Source: Paraspadella gotoi
Taxonomy: Eukaryota > Animalia > Chaetognatha
Direction: 5' to 3'
NCBI GenBank assembly: GCA_051294375.1
Contig: CM119268.1
Coordinates: 17,947,562-18,011,561 of the forward strand
Length of the DNA: 64,000 nucleotides
A model generated the notes under the pieces. The model had not been told where the DNA came from. It ran no database searches and was given only the letters and a program-made list of their open reading frames with translations. The position numbers and the translations under genes are program-made. This document shows, in pieces, positions 1 through 12,871 of the stretch; position 1 is the first letter of the stretch, and each line of letters begins with the position of its first letter.

Positions 1-572
1 GCCTTGAATAATGAACCAGCTAAATGGTTTGAATGCATGGTCTAAATAAAATTAGCACTGTTTCCCAAATCAATGTTTTTCTTTATCTAGTTCTCTCAAA
101 AAAATGTTTTTTTCCTACGATTTTCAATGCAACTTTTTTAATTAGTTTATTAGGTTGTTATATAGTAACTTATACTAAAGCTTTTAAATATTTATTAATA
201 TGTTACAAATTATATATTTTTTTTAATTTTAATTTTTAAAAATTAAAAAAAAATTAATAAAATTTAAAAAAAAACTTTATATAGTAAGAAAACAATTTTT
301 AAATGCTTCTTTTCGCTTATCTATGAGATACATCTTAAAACTATTTTCAGTTTTATATTCTCTAACAATCACTTTACCATTTTTTCTGGTGGAAAGTTTT
401 AAATTTTATTACAAATGTCGAAGTTTTTTTTCAAACCTGAGAGAGAGAGAAAGAGAGGAGAGAGAGAGAGAGAGAGAGGATTGAGAGAAGAGAGGAAGAG
501 AGAGGACAGATGATGATAGATGGATGATAGAATATTACTAAGGCTGTTTCTCCTTATCCCGGGCGTTTTTAG

Positions 573-585
573 GAGAGAGAGAGAG

Positions 586-650
<65 letters not shown>
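573..650. repeat. (AG)n microsatellite
   Basis: Directly visible; one of dozens of (AG)/(CT) tracts in the window. Confidence 0.95.
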
Positions 651-654
<4 letters not shown>

Positions 655-900
655 AGAATCAGTGATCTTTTATTTTCGTTCACACAACAAGTTTTTTACT
701 TATTTTACTTTTATTTTAATTTTTCAATAAAAATAACTTTAGAGTGAAACATATTTCATCTATGGCAAAAACACGAATGCGACAAAATCGGATCCACATT
801 TCAAAGAAGCCAAAACCAGAGTCAAGCGGTGCAATAAAACCTAAGAACTTTTCCACTGGGGTGGTTGTTTAACGTTTATGTTTGATCGTAGATCTTCCAG

Positions 901-942
901 GTGTCGATGAAGAGTGAGGACTGCTTCTTCTGTGATAAAACA
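901..942 (+). other. Candidate upstream (5'UTR) exon of the SLC16 gene
   Basis: tcttccag| acceptor at 900 and ACA|gtatgt donor at 943. It would splice to the tttag acceptor at 1135. Based on splice signals only. Confidence 0.35.
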
Positions 943-1149
943 GTATGTAAATTTTCGGCAATTAGAATTAATCTTTAAAAGTAATTTAACCTTTCGAAGT
1001 AGTTTTTCTTTTAATTTAGAGAAACGTTACGAATGATGTTAAAAAAAAAACATTCAACCGTAACTTCACAAACCTTGTACAGAAAAAAAAACCGGATAAA
1101 AATGATAAACTATGCTTATAGGAAAACAAATTTAGATTTTCCCGACGCC

Positions 1150-1550
1150 ATGACATCTCGCTCTGAAAATTGTGATCAAAGTCGTTCTACTTTTAAAAAT
1201 AAAACTAATCAATCAAATGATCCAGCGAAGAAATTGCCAGAGATTCCGGACGGGGGTTGGGGCTGGGCGGTCGTTTTCGGCAGCATCTTGGTTCACTGCT
1301 GTTACTCTGGGCTTCAACGTTCATCCGGCGCCTTTTTTCTCGGTTTCCGACCCACATTTCCCGAGGCGTCGAATGCTGAGTTGACTTCCATCATGTCAAT
1401 GTCGCTCGCCTTGTCTCTTTTCCTCTCGCCTTTCTCGGCGGCACTCATGCAGCGCGGTTTCTCAGCGAGGCAACTTATCTTTGCCTCTGGGGTTGTTGCT
1501 GCTGCAGGTGGAATCGTTGCGGCTTTTACGGAATCGATTGACGGATTGAG
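1150..1550 (+). CDS. SLC16/MCT-like coding exon 1 (N-terminus to start of TM4)
   Basis: MTSRSENC...IPDGGWGWAVVFGSILVHCCYSGLQRSSGAFF...ESIDGL. Acceptor tttag ends at 1135; donor AG|gtaatc at 1551. Confidence 0.9.
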
Positions 1551-3020
1551 GTAATCGTAGATTTTGACAATATGTATTCGAATAATCAACTTGGTTACTA
1601 ATTGACAAAATATAACAGTCAACAATTATTTCTTTTTAACACTACAGAGCTGTTTTCACCATATTCTACGGTATCACTGGCGCCTTCACTTACATTCCCA
1701 CGATCACGCTCGTTGGCCACTATTTCGAACGGCGCCGCGCTCTGGCGATGGCTCTGTCTCTCACTGGCACCGGAATCGGTGGCCTCGCGTTTCCTCCTCT
1801 CGTCATTCTCATGATCGATGAATATTCTTTATTCGGAGCTTTCATTATTATCGGCGGCGTCATGCTTCACATCTGTCCTGGCGGGATGCTGCATCGCCCA
1901 TTGCAAAAAATCACCCCTCCAACTTCCGAGGTCCGGAAAATTTAAATTAAACAGTAATCGTTTTGCTTTGACTTTAATTTTTCCTTCAGCAAAATAAAGC
2001 AAACTTCTCCTCGTTGTCAACAAAAGAAATTGTTCTTAAGTTGCGTCAACTCCCTCGTCGTATCTTCGATCATCTCGTCCAGTCTGGCCTCCTCCGTCTC
2101 TCCATCATCCTCCATATCTTCGCCCACGCTCTCAGCTTCAGCACATTATGGGTCGCATGGAACTTTTTGCCGTCGCTGGTGCAGGAATCGGGAATCGGAA
2201 AGGTTGAGGCAGCATCGATGCTTTCAATCAACGCAGGTCATTACAACTCTTTAAAATTATTTATTGTACATTGTCCAATTACAAACATACTTACTTAAGT
2301 TTTATTTTGTTCTATTGGGTAAGGGAACAAAACAATTTACGGTGACTTGTATTTTTAAAATAGATGCGGAGATTGGGGGTAAGGTTAATGTTTACAGATT
2401 GCTTAGCTAATTGCGATACCAGTTTTGCCCAAAGCAGTCGGTCGGTCGCTATGTCGGTCTGTCTGTTTGTCGTAGAGCATATGCTTCTTACTTACGTAGA
2501 CACAAGATCATAAAAAAATGTCGGAATACAATGAAGTGAATACGAATCAACAACTTTTACTGTTTTACTTATCAGTTATGATTTTCAAGGTTGCCTCATT
2601 GCCGGTCGACTCAGCTGCGGTTTCGGGATGGATCTGCCGGCGCTTCGTCCCCACCGCATCGTCGTCGCCGTCGTCGTCTTTGCCATCAGCGCCGTCGCCA
2701 ATTTCGGCGTCACTTTCGCGGCGTCATTCGCGCAGTTCGCCATCTACTCTGTTGTTTACGGCGTCCTCAACGGCGCAGTCACGCTTCTGCGATTCGTCAT
2801 CCTGCAAGACCTCGCGGGCCGGGACGCCTTTGCCAACGCCAACGCCCTCCTCAGCTTCGCATGCGCCATCAGCCTCGTTGCCATTCCGCCATTGGCCGGC
2901 GTCGTCATCGACTCGGCCGGCGCCAACGCCGCTGCCTTTTGGTTCGCGGCAGCAATGGAGATCATGAGTGGCAGTTGCACGGCCTTCATCATTTGGTCCG
3001 ATCGGAAACGGAGTCAGTAA
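1150..3020 (+). CDS. SLC16 / monocarboxylate transporter (MCT) family MFS transporter; spliced CDS join(1150..1550,1648..1930,1990..2236,2590..3020), 453 aa
   Basis: Family motifs: PDGGWGWAVV at TM1 start, YFERRRALA after TM4, HRP after TM6, AGRL in TM8, PPLAGVVID in TM11. Introns 1551-1647, 1931-1989 and 2237-2589 are GT..AG with matching phases (2,0,1). The joined length is 1362 nt = 453 codons + TAA. ATG 1150 lies in the context gacgccATG. The orthologue cannot be assigned by eye. Confidence 0.93.
1648..1930 (+). CDS. SLC16/MCT-like coding exon 2 (TM4-TM6)
   Basis: Acceptor actacag|A at 1647/1648. Encodes AVFTIFYGITGAFTYIPTITLVGHYFERRRALAMALSLTGTGIGGLAFPP...HRPLQKITPPTSE. Donor GAG|gtccgg at 1931. 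Confidence 0.92.
1990..2236 (+). CDS. SLC16/MCT-like coding exon 3 (central loop, TM7, start of TM8)
   Basis: Acceptor ttccttcag| at 1989. Encodes QNKANFSSLSTKEIV...WNFLPSLVQESGIGKVEAASMLSINA. Donor CAG|gtcatt at 2237. Confidence 0.88.
2590..3020 (+). CDS. SLC16/MCT-like coding exon 4 (TM8-TM12, stop)
   Basis: Acceptor ttttcaag| at 2589 restores frame: GCLIAGRLSCGFGMDLPALRPHRIVVAVVVF...PPLAGVVIDSAG...WSDRKRSQ*. TAA at 3018-3020. Confidence 0.9.
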
Positions 3021-3251
3021 TCAATGGAAGGTGGAAAGCTTAGTGGGCGTTGTGTCGATGTTGTTCTATTATTTTGTATTTATGTATTTTAAATTGTTCA
3101 CTCTAAAAATATAGCCATGGGGCTTGGCCGGAAATTATATTTATATTAACACCTGTTCCATCCGATTGTAATATTTCTGCTAACGGAAACGGCAGTTTTA
3201 TTTACATTTAATGTAAATAATTAAATATAAATAATTAAATAATAATTATGA

Positions 3252-3257
3252 AATAAA
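3252..3257 (+). terminator. Probable polyadenylation signal of the SLC16 gene
   Basis: AATAAA about 230 nt after the stop, followed by a T/GT-rich tract. The background is AT-rich, so specificity is limited. Confidence 0.5.
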
Positions 3258-3653
3258 ACTGCATACATTTTGTTAAATAATTTGTGAACAAATTTTATTT
3301 TTGCTTTTTACAAAATTAAAACCTTAACATTCTTCCGACGTCGCCATTTTCATTTACTCTGTCGTCTCGTCTTTTCGATGACCGCGAAAAATCCGCCGCC
3401 CCGCTGCATTTGTCCCCGTCTCTCTCTCTCTCTCTCTCTCTGTCTCTGCTCTTCTCTCCTCATTTCTTCGTACTCATGCTTTCACCGTCCGGACGCCGGT
3501 GTCGTGCTACGTCTCTTCTGCGGCCTTCGTCTGTTTCTGCTCTCTGCTTTCGGTCTCCTCTCTCTCTCTCCCCGCCCTCGTCTCTACTGCGTGGGGCGGC
3601 TCTCTCTCTTCTCATTGTCGACCCGGTCATCTTTCACCTCATGAGAGAAGGTA

Positions 3654-3719
<66 letters not shown>

Positions 3720-3733
<14 letters not shown>

Positions 3734-3989
3734 AGTATCTCAGCTCGTCTGGATGAAGAATGGGTGATCACGGGAGAGGCGGGAAGAATCGAGGGCACAG
3801 GTGTTAAATACGTCGGAATCAATCCTGCGTGCGTTCGTTGTACTTATTTAAAGTCATTTCGTTCCAATAATTCACTGTGGATGGGACGCCTCTGCTTCGT
3901 CGGCCGGTTTCGCATTTTATTGTGGTCGTTGTGCTTGAGGGTGATTCTTTTGCAAAATTATAAGNNNNNNNNNNNNNNNNNNNNNNNNN

Positions 3990-4023
<34 letters not shown>

Positions 4024-4243
4024 ATCTCAGCTCGTCTGGATGAAGATGGATGATCACGGGAGAGGCGGGAAGAATCGAGGGCACAGTGCTTAAATCGGTC
4101 GGAAATCAATCCTCGTCGTTCGTTACTTATTTAAATCATTTCGTTCAATAATTCACTGTGGATGGGACGCCTCTGCTTTCGTCGGCGGTTTCGCTTTTAT
4201 TGTGGTCGTTGTGCTTGAGGTGAGTTCTTTGCAAAAATTATAA
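3720..4243 (+). repeat. ~240-bp direct duplication flanking a 25-N gap (3720-3964 vs 4010-4243)
   Basis: Both copies read tatctcagctcgtctggatgaaga...gcaaaattataa and differ mainly by indels. Gap at 3965-3989. Confidence 0.9.
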
Positions 4244-4732
4244 TTATAAATTAAAATATAATAAATTAAAAAAACGATCTAAAACTAAGAAGTTTTTTTC
4301 AAATAATCATTGTTTTAATATTTTACCTTCCTTACAGTAGTTTAGTCTTGTACAGAAAGTGACAGTTCACATAACTGTCGTAAACGAGAAGCCAGACTTT
4401 GGCTGTCGTGAGCCCCGCTCACCTAAAGCCAACGACCTTCATCTTCATAACAGAAAAAAACAGAGAAATGTTGACTTTTGTCTCTCGAATGTTCCTCTCT
4501 TCTTTGTCTCACTTTTCTCTGCTTCGACTTTTTGATTATTATTAACTTCGCCCTCTCATTCTCACTTTTCGACCGATTACTCTTCCCCTCTTCTTTATTT
4601 TCTTTTGAACCCCTTTTATTTAAATCTGTTTCTTTTTCATTACTCTTTACTTGATCTTTTTTCTTCGCCTTCTTTTGTTATTCACTCCTCTTCTCCTCCA
4701 AAATTCTCTCTCTCCTCTTTCAATTCACTCAC

Positions 4733-4850
<118 letters not shown>

Positions 4851-5422
4851 AATATTTTCATCAAAGACATCGATAAAAGAAACCATAAAATGAAACAAGT
4901 TTCGAAGTTATTTTTTTTATATCCTAATATATTTTCTATATCAAGGTTCCGGCTTTGAACCCACCATCCATTCCTTCCGTCCTTTTTTCTTTTCTCTTTA
5001 TTAATTTCTTTTGTCCTCCTTTCTTTCCTCCTTCCACGCCAGGGGGTGATGCCTCGATGGTGACGTCGCGAGGAGGAAAAAGGTGAAGTGAGGTCACGTG
5101 ATCATCTGAAGTGACTTGAAGACGGAAAAGGAAAGAGTGGGAACGAGGATGGAGAAAGGAAAGGGAGGAAATAAAGAAAGGAGAAAGGAAAAGCGAAATA
5201 AGGGGAAAAGGAGGAAATTAAAAAAGAGAAAACTAACGAATGGAAAGGAAAGAAGTTTAAAAAAAGAAAGTACAAACAAGAGGAAGAAAAAAGAAAAGAG
5301 GGGAAGAGAGTTTGAATGAGTTTTATTTTTTTTATTTTTTTTATTTTTTTTGAAAAAAGAATAGGAAAAAAGCGCTTCTTTTATTAATCGGAGATTTTGT
5401 CCCGACTGCGGAAAGGGAACTT

Positions 5423-5471
<49 letters not shown>

Positions 5472-5613
5472 GAGAGAGAGAGCAGACGAACCGTCTAAGA
5501 TAGGTGATTAGAGGTGTGAGAAAGAAGACTTCTGATTAGAATTGAGCGGCGAAAAAAAGGAAAGAAAGGTTAAGAGTTTAATGGAAAACCGAAAAAAAAG
5601 GCTCACGCAAAAT

Positions 5614-5760
<147 letters not shown>

Positions 5761-6159
5761 AGTACGTAAAACGGGATTCGGCTTCGCGCCCTGCTGATTC
5801 ACGTAATGACAGATTTCCCTCATGACAGATCCAAAGTCTGGAAAGATCGTCAGGAAGCATCGTCCTAGGAAACGTCTTACACAAAAAATAGAAAGAAACT
5901 AATAAAGAAAAATAAACAAAGTATTAAAAAGAAACCAAATCATTCAGAATGAAACGATTTCTGGAGAAAATATAGTGACAATATTAAAAAATGAATAAAA
6001 GGCGAGGGGATAATGAATTAGGGAAGGATCTATCGAAGAAAAGAAAAAAGGGAGGCTGAATATGAAATGAATGTTTTGACGATCTTTCGCTCACTTATTT
6101 CGATCGAGTTTCTCCTTTGAGGTTTTTTTATGTCGACGATAAAACTGAATAAGTAACGA

Positions 6160-7315
6160 TTTCGGTCACGACGACGACAATAATGACGACGAGGATGACA
6201 AGGACGACGATGACAAAATGACAAAAATACTGGGAATTAAAAAAGAAAAGTCGGGGAAAAGAAATAAAGATGACAACTTAGAAATATCAACAGTAGAGAT
6301 AAGATTAAGAATTAAAAGAAGAATCCGTGAAAATTCTGGCGAAAAAGGTTATTATCCAGACGACGACGACGATAACGACGACGACGATAACGACGACGAA
6401 AACTATATCGATGTTGGTGAAAATAGCGTTTTTTTCTTCTTAAAAAAGCGCGAAAAGAAATAAAGGAAACAAAAATAGAAAAGGAAAAGAAAGCAATTAG
6501 CAGAAAGAAGCAAAAAATAGTAGATTAGTAGGACTAATCCATAGAAAGCGGTCAAGGTACATGCATACGTACCGGCAGCCACTCCAGTAAAGAAACAATA
6601 ATTAATTTAACTATTAAGACAAATTAGAGAAGAAAAAGTGCAAAATCGAAAGATAAAGCAGACGATAAAAATTAAGACAAAGAGGACAAAATGACGAGAA
6701 CGAGGACAAAGCCGTAGACGGCGAAGATAACCGAGATTGATTCCAATTAGGATAACGAACAAAGAGACGACAACGACGACGACAACGACGACGACAACGA
6801 CAACGATGCGGCCGATAACCGAGAATGTTGCCAACGACGATAGCGAATATATTGGTGGGAGAAGAAGTAAAGACTGGGTTGACATCGCCGAAGACGAAGA
6901 CAAAAGGAGCAGAGGTGATCGTTGGTGCGAGGTTAACAGCGATGATTATAACAACGACAACGTCAACGACAAAACCACGACGAAGACTCGAGATTGTGAC
7001 AAAAAGATGATCGAAAGTCGAGAAGAGGAGATTTGAGAAGATGCTAAAACGCTAAGGTGTTGCGGTCTCAAACATAATCCATAATTTAACTCCGTTTTTA
7101 AATATACAATTAAAAAAGGTTTTCCCTCACCCTACGGACGATGCCGACGAATAAGCTTCATACATACGATTTCATTTCACCGTCGTAAATGTATGAAAAC
7201 GATAAAGAGAGTATTGATAACAACAACAACGACAGAATCGTCAACAGCAGCGAATATCATCCGATGCCTTCGGCTCTAGAGTCAGTGCCGCTGTCGCCGT
7301 TTGACAGGAGAGTTC

Positions 7316-7346
<31 letters not shown>

Positions 7347-8408
7347 GAATTCGACTTGGACGCGAACCAAGAAACGTTGCCATGGAAACGGCGAGGGAAT
7401 AATGGCGTTTATAAGCCCCTTTCGAAAACTATGGCCGCCGCAATCTGGAACGCGGTCGTTGCGACTTCCGATAACGTTTCTTGTTGCGCCCAAGAATTCT
7501 ACGACAATGACGTTAACGACAAAGACGACGACGACGATGACAACAACAATAACAAGCTACTGTTGTATCTTTTTAATGTTTTAAACCGCCTCATCTTTTG
7601 TTTCATTCCAGGTATTGGTTATTACGTACACTAGGTGGGTTCTAGGTCAGCGTCCAATAAGTACTGCTTCAGTTCCGAGCGACTACAGTAAAGAAATAAA
7701 AAGCTCCTAGACCTGTCAAAAAAAAAAAACAAAAAAAAAAAAACCATAAAATCTCGGATGCAAGAAGTGATATTTTGTTATGACACTATTGATAATTTGA
7801 CATATCTTCCAGTGACCCAGTGATCCGCGTATTCTTTCCCCTATTTTGGCAAAAGAGAAAATAAGATCGACGGAAAACATTTACCACCGGCTTCCGTTCA
7901 TTAAATCTGGTCTCTTCCCACAAATGATGAAAATTTATTCACAAAATTCACCGTTTTGTGATTTTTATGAAAAACAAACAAACGCGCGAAAAGAAAAGAA
8001 ATTTAGGGAGCTCGGGAAAAAAGGAGATTGGATGGAGGGAAAATAAGAGAGGAAGAAATCGGCCAATAGGGCGAATGCTAGGGAGTGTGAACGTTTACTG
8101 GCAGAAGAGAAGTCACAGTAGCCCAGACATAGCTGACAATGTTAGGACACATTGAGAGAGTGGCAGAGACGAGGACAAGCATGACGACGCATGGTCACTC
8201 GTCAGTAATGGGAAAAAAATAAGCGTGTGGAGATCACAACCACGAAGACAACGCATAATACAATTGACGCGGCAACGGCGAAAACGACGACGACGACGAC
8301 GACGACGACGATGACCTCTCAAAATAGACTTTATGAACTATGGTCAAATTCCAGGTTCCACCTACTGCGTCACCTTGCGGACGAAGGAGACGAAGGCGAC
8401 GATGACGA

Positions 8409-8456
<48 letters not shown>

Positions 8457-9560
8457 TAAAGCAATAAAGTCCTCCTTTCCGAAAATATCAATGATTGCAA
8501 TAAGTGGAATCTTAAAACCAAGTTTTAACGAGGACGAGAGAACGACGCCCAAGTCCGAACATGTAAATACGTTTCTGCAGTGGCAAATAAAATTGTATTC
8601 ACAATGGCTAATCTCAATTATACAACCAATGATACTGACATAAAGCCCCAATGACAGTGACAGGCTGACAGCGACGTCGATCCATCCCGTCGACGCGAAT
8701 TGAAATGACAAACCTACGACGCATAATTCATAAGGACGACGACGACGACGACGATGTCGACGACTACGATGACCGCGACGAAATTGAAACTGTCGGCGAC
8801 GAAGTGACAAGTAAATAGGGAAAGATACATCTACGCGAAAACAGACGACGACGACGACCACGACGACGACGACGATTAAACGGACGACGAGCTTGGCCCG
8901 ATACCGAATACGACGACGATGAAGACGACGGACGACGACGACGCGTAGGACGACAATGAGGACGAAATCGAAGAGGACGTTAACGACGATCATGATGATT
9001 GTTATAACACAGAAAATAATAATCTTTTTTAACAAAACTTTAAAATTAAAAAGAAAAAAAGAAAGAGGATAAAATTACCATAATGACGATGAAAATGACG
9101 ATGAGGAATAGTTTAAAAACAAAACAAAAATAATAAGAACAGGATTGACATAATTGAAAATATATAAAATGATGAAATTAGGAATTAAAAATGAGGACGA
9201 AGACGACAAAGAGGGCGACAACGACGATGAGGAAGACAACGACGATGAAGACGACAACGACGACGGTATTGGTGAGAAGGGGAAAACGTTGCGATAACGA
9301 CGAAACTAACGCGCGAACGGAACTGCCCGTCGCCGTCGACGATAAGAACGACGACGACGACTACGACGACGACACAACGTGTGAGCGAGCGCCGGTGACG
9401 CGTGAAAGTTGCGTCTCGTGGCGCCGTATTCACAACCCAGCGCGGCGCCGAGATGGCACCGGCGACGCCGACGACAACTCATCACGTGAGATTCGCGACG
9501 CTGCTTTTTTTTCATTTTTCGTCGACGACGCCGCTCGACTTTTTAGCGCCGTTTTGTGGA
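6160..9560. repeat. Region dense in (GAC)n/(AAC)n trinucleotide tracts
   Basis: Tracts near 6360, 6770, 7317, 8285, 8400-8457, 8735, 8845 and 9350. They generate the poly-D/T/R/V/S ORFs in the track. Confidence 0.9.
7376..7389. promoter_or_regulatory. RFX X-box motif
   Basis: GTTGCCATGGAAAC matches the palindromic X-box consensus GTYNCC-AT-GGNAAC. Confidence 0.5.
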
Positions 9561-9616
9561 AGAAAAAAAATACGGCCAAAGATTCGTTTACGGCTCTCTC
9601 TCTCTTCTCTCTCTTG

Positions 9617-9677
<61 letters not shown>

Positions 9678-10778
9678 CTCTTCTCTCCTCTCTCTCTGTC
9701 TCTCTCTCTCTTTCTGACCGACGCAGTTTTTGTTTTGACGCCGTCGCGCCGGTTTTTCGGCGCTAAATCGCCACCAACGCCGCATTAATTTCTTTTCTCG
9801 TCCATTTTTTTCCTCTCGATTCCAATTTGGCTTTTTTTATGTTGCAAGGATCGAGGTGGGTGTTTGGTGGGGGTCGGGTGGGTTTGCGGCGTCCAAAGCA
9901 AGATTCGTAGCTCACTTTCACTCACCTTTCTTTCACAATAGCCTAACTTTTTCATTGCTTTCTGCTCTTCACTCTACAATTTCTATCTCGATATTTTTTT
10001 CCCTTTTCTTAGTTTTCCTCCTTTTTTCCTTTTTCTTTCTTTATTACCTTTTCTTTTCTCATCTTTTCTTATCTTTTCTTCTTCTTTTCAAATAAAAGCC
10101 TCAATCACCTCTCGCCCTTCTATTTTCTCTTTTCCTCATCTCTCAATTCTTTTTCTTTTTTTTCCCTTTCATAATCTCGTCATTCATTTGGTTTCTTCAG
10201 CTTCTTTTGCAATTTAAAATTCAGTACTTTCATTAGGATTTTTTCTTCTCGTACTTCTAAGTGTAATTAAAACTGATAAAAACTTACTACATAATCCCAA
10301 CGATACAAGGATAGAAGGTATTATCAAAAAGCTCTTTCTTTCCCCGAGAATTTATCAATTATCCGGTCTAACAATTATTCTACAGACTTTTCCTTTCTCT
10401 TTCTTTTCACTATGATTATATATTGATTATATATATCTTCGCCATATTTCTTTCCTATTTTATCTAATTATTGTCAATTTTTAAGTCACGTCTACAGAAG
10501 TTACTCAATAAGACATTTTTTATGCATGTCTGTATGACTCTCTCTGTCTCTCTGATGATCGGAAATTACACTAAATGAAGAAGGATTAAATCATGGAAAA
10601 CGGCACCACTTTTTAAAATTAAACCTTGCGTTATCGGAGATTCAATTTGAAGCAAAAAGTATTATTTTTTGTTCGGAGTATCACCATTAAAGAAAGAGCA
10701 AAGTTAATAAAGAGCAAGAGGAGGACGCATATGAACAGTATCGTGAAATTTAAAAGAATGAAAGCTAAAAATTAAAAG

Positions 10779-10870
10779 TTAAACCACCAAAGCCAGTCCA
10801 AATTTAGGGGCAAGATAGCTTATTTGTTATATGAATGGATATTTATTTTATTGATTGTACCAATTTCATA
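10779..10870 (+). mobile_element. Copy of a short dispersed element ending ...GTACCAATTTCATA
   Basis: Homologous to 18172-18263 (+) and 28264-28325 (-). Shared core gcaagatagcttattt...tgaatgg...caatttcata. Confidence 0.75.
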
Positions 10871-11239
10871 AAGGAAAGACAGATGCTTTTCAGAATAAGA
10901 AGTTCGGGTATTTATAAATTAAATAAAGTACCTTAGTCAGACACTGATATTGCTTTTTTCTACTCACTTCTCCATTCACTTACTATTTATCACCATCACT
11001 TCTCTCGTTACACTGACAAAGTGACAATTATTTAATTTTTTGTAATTCACTCGCTCACTTTTCGTTACTAAGACTTTGATTCACGGTCAATTCTCTTCCT
11101 TTTCTCGAAACTCTCACAATAATTTCATTATCAATTTTCTCACCTCTTGTCCTCCTTTCACTAAAATCCTTTCTTTCCTTTCCTTCTTATCCTAGAACCA
11201 TGAGAAAATTTTCGTGAGTGAAACTTTTGAGTTAAGTGA

Positions 11240-11307
<68 letters not shown>

Positions 11308-11639
11308 AAGAAAGAGAGAAGTTTGGGAAGGAGTTTATTCATTGGTTGTACGAAAAGCAGTTAATTTTTCCCCCTGTAACTGTCTGATATATCCCAAATT
11401 ACAAATATTTTTTCTTTGAAGCGAAAATAAAATACTACGTATATTCGTTATGTTTTTTCTATCGAGTCTATGTCGCAAAACAATCACGATTTAATTTTTA
11501 ATTTACCAATTAAAACCTTCCCGGAGTCGCCTCAAAATCGGCGCTAAGAAAAACGAAACAACTAGCTCATTGATTAAAACTTCGTTAGCTTTATAAAAAA
11601 AAAAAAAAACATAATCACGAATAAAAATCAAAACAAAAA

Positions 11640-12130
11640 CTGAGTCTCGTCAAAAGCGAGATGTCATTGCGCCTGCGCGTGACGCCTAACGCCATCGTCT
11701 ACGTCATCGATCAACCGCCGCCTGTAGCGTCAACGACGACGTCTCACATTTACCACCTCCCCGCCACCCCCACGTATAATTTGCCGACGATGTTGTGAAA
11801 AGAACGCCGGTAGAAAAAGCAAGAAGCTCGGCGTCGGCGTCGGCGGCCGAACTGCGAGCAAAGGCGTCGTGGGCGGTAACGGCAGTGACGGCGGCGGCGG
11901 CGGCGGCGGCGGCGGCGTCGTCGACCTCGCCACGCGGAAAAGAGCTTCGACTCCGTGAAAGGTGAAGAGGCGGCGTGAGGGCAGTAAAAGCGGATTGGCA
12001 ACAACTGTGAAGCCGAAAGGAAAATCACGCGGAAATCACGTGATCCTACGTCGGAGAGGGCAGGGGGCGTAAAGGTGCGTGAGGATGGGTTGAAGGGGGG
12101 GTTGGAAATGCCGGATGGGCGGGACATTCT
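11640..12130. promoter_or_regulatory. GC/CpG-rich promoter-like island
   Basis: NRF1-like TGCGCCTGCGC (11668), CRE half-sites, (GGC)n, reverse CCAAT (~11994), TCACGTGA (~12036), ETS-like CCGGATG (12111). No linked CDS was identified. Confidence 0.35.
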
Positions 12131-12756
12131 TTGACACCTGGAAAGGCACAAGAGTGATTTTGAAAGGATTAGGGTTAAGGAGCCAGAGCTAGTGAGAGAT
12201 CATTTTCGTCCCAGATCAAGTTCTCCTGTGACGGAACCGTGGCGCGGCAAAAGTGGAGTAGCGGCAACGGATCTTGCCGTGCCAACGAAGCTCCGCACCT
12301 TTGGTTGGCGCGGGTGTGATGCGAATGAAGTAGACAAATTAGAGTGATGGAGATAAAAATCTAGAAAGCAAAGACGAGAGAAAGTCTGCTTCAAATGAAC
12401 AATAGACAGTTAAAATTAAATTAGTAGATTTTAACTATATAGGACGGATTTGATTTAAAGTAAGATTCAATTTACAGGCGGAATAATTTGATTGTAACTA
12501 TGTAGGAATTTCACACAGAAATTCTTGGGTACTTCTAAGTGGAAAGAGAATTACGGTTACCACAGTGAAGTTAAGATGTTTTTAATTAATCCTAAGGTTT
12601 GAGGAAAAAGAGAAAAATATCGCGAAGAAATAAGTTTTTGAAAACCATAAATCCGAGTCGAGAAAAGTTTAAAACGTGTAAATTGTGAAATGAAGAGAAA
12701 AAAAAGAAGGTAAAAAAAATGAGAAGGAAAGCAAAACACAAATAAGCTGAGGAAGG

Positions 12757-12871
<115 letters not shown>

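Noticed and set aside
1033-1149. ORF-track start at 1033 for the transporter
   Set aside because: The sequence is A-rich and intron-like, with an acceptor at 1135. ATG 1150 has the better context.
2518-2967. Alternative acceptor at 2575 leading into the Ser-rich frame
   Set aside because: It is phase-compatible but yields a non-membrane sequence. The 2589 acceptor restores TM8-TM12.
3325-3350. Minus-strand start aaaATGGCG (MATSEE) of a host gene enclosing the transporter
   Set aside because: An in-frame stop follows unless a weak donor is used, and no further exons were found. It may simply be a YY1-like motif.
10552-10585. CTGATGA-TCG-GAAA hammerhead-like core
   Set aside because: No helix II, III or I can be formed.
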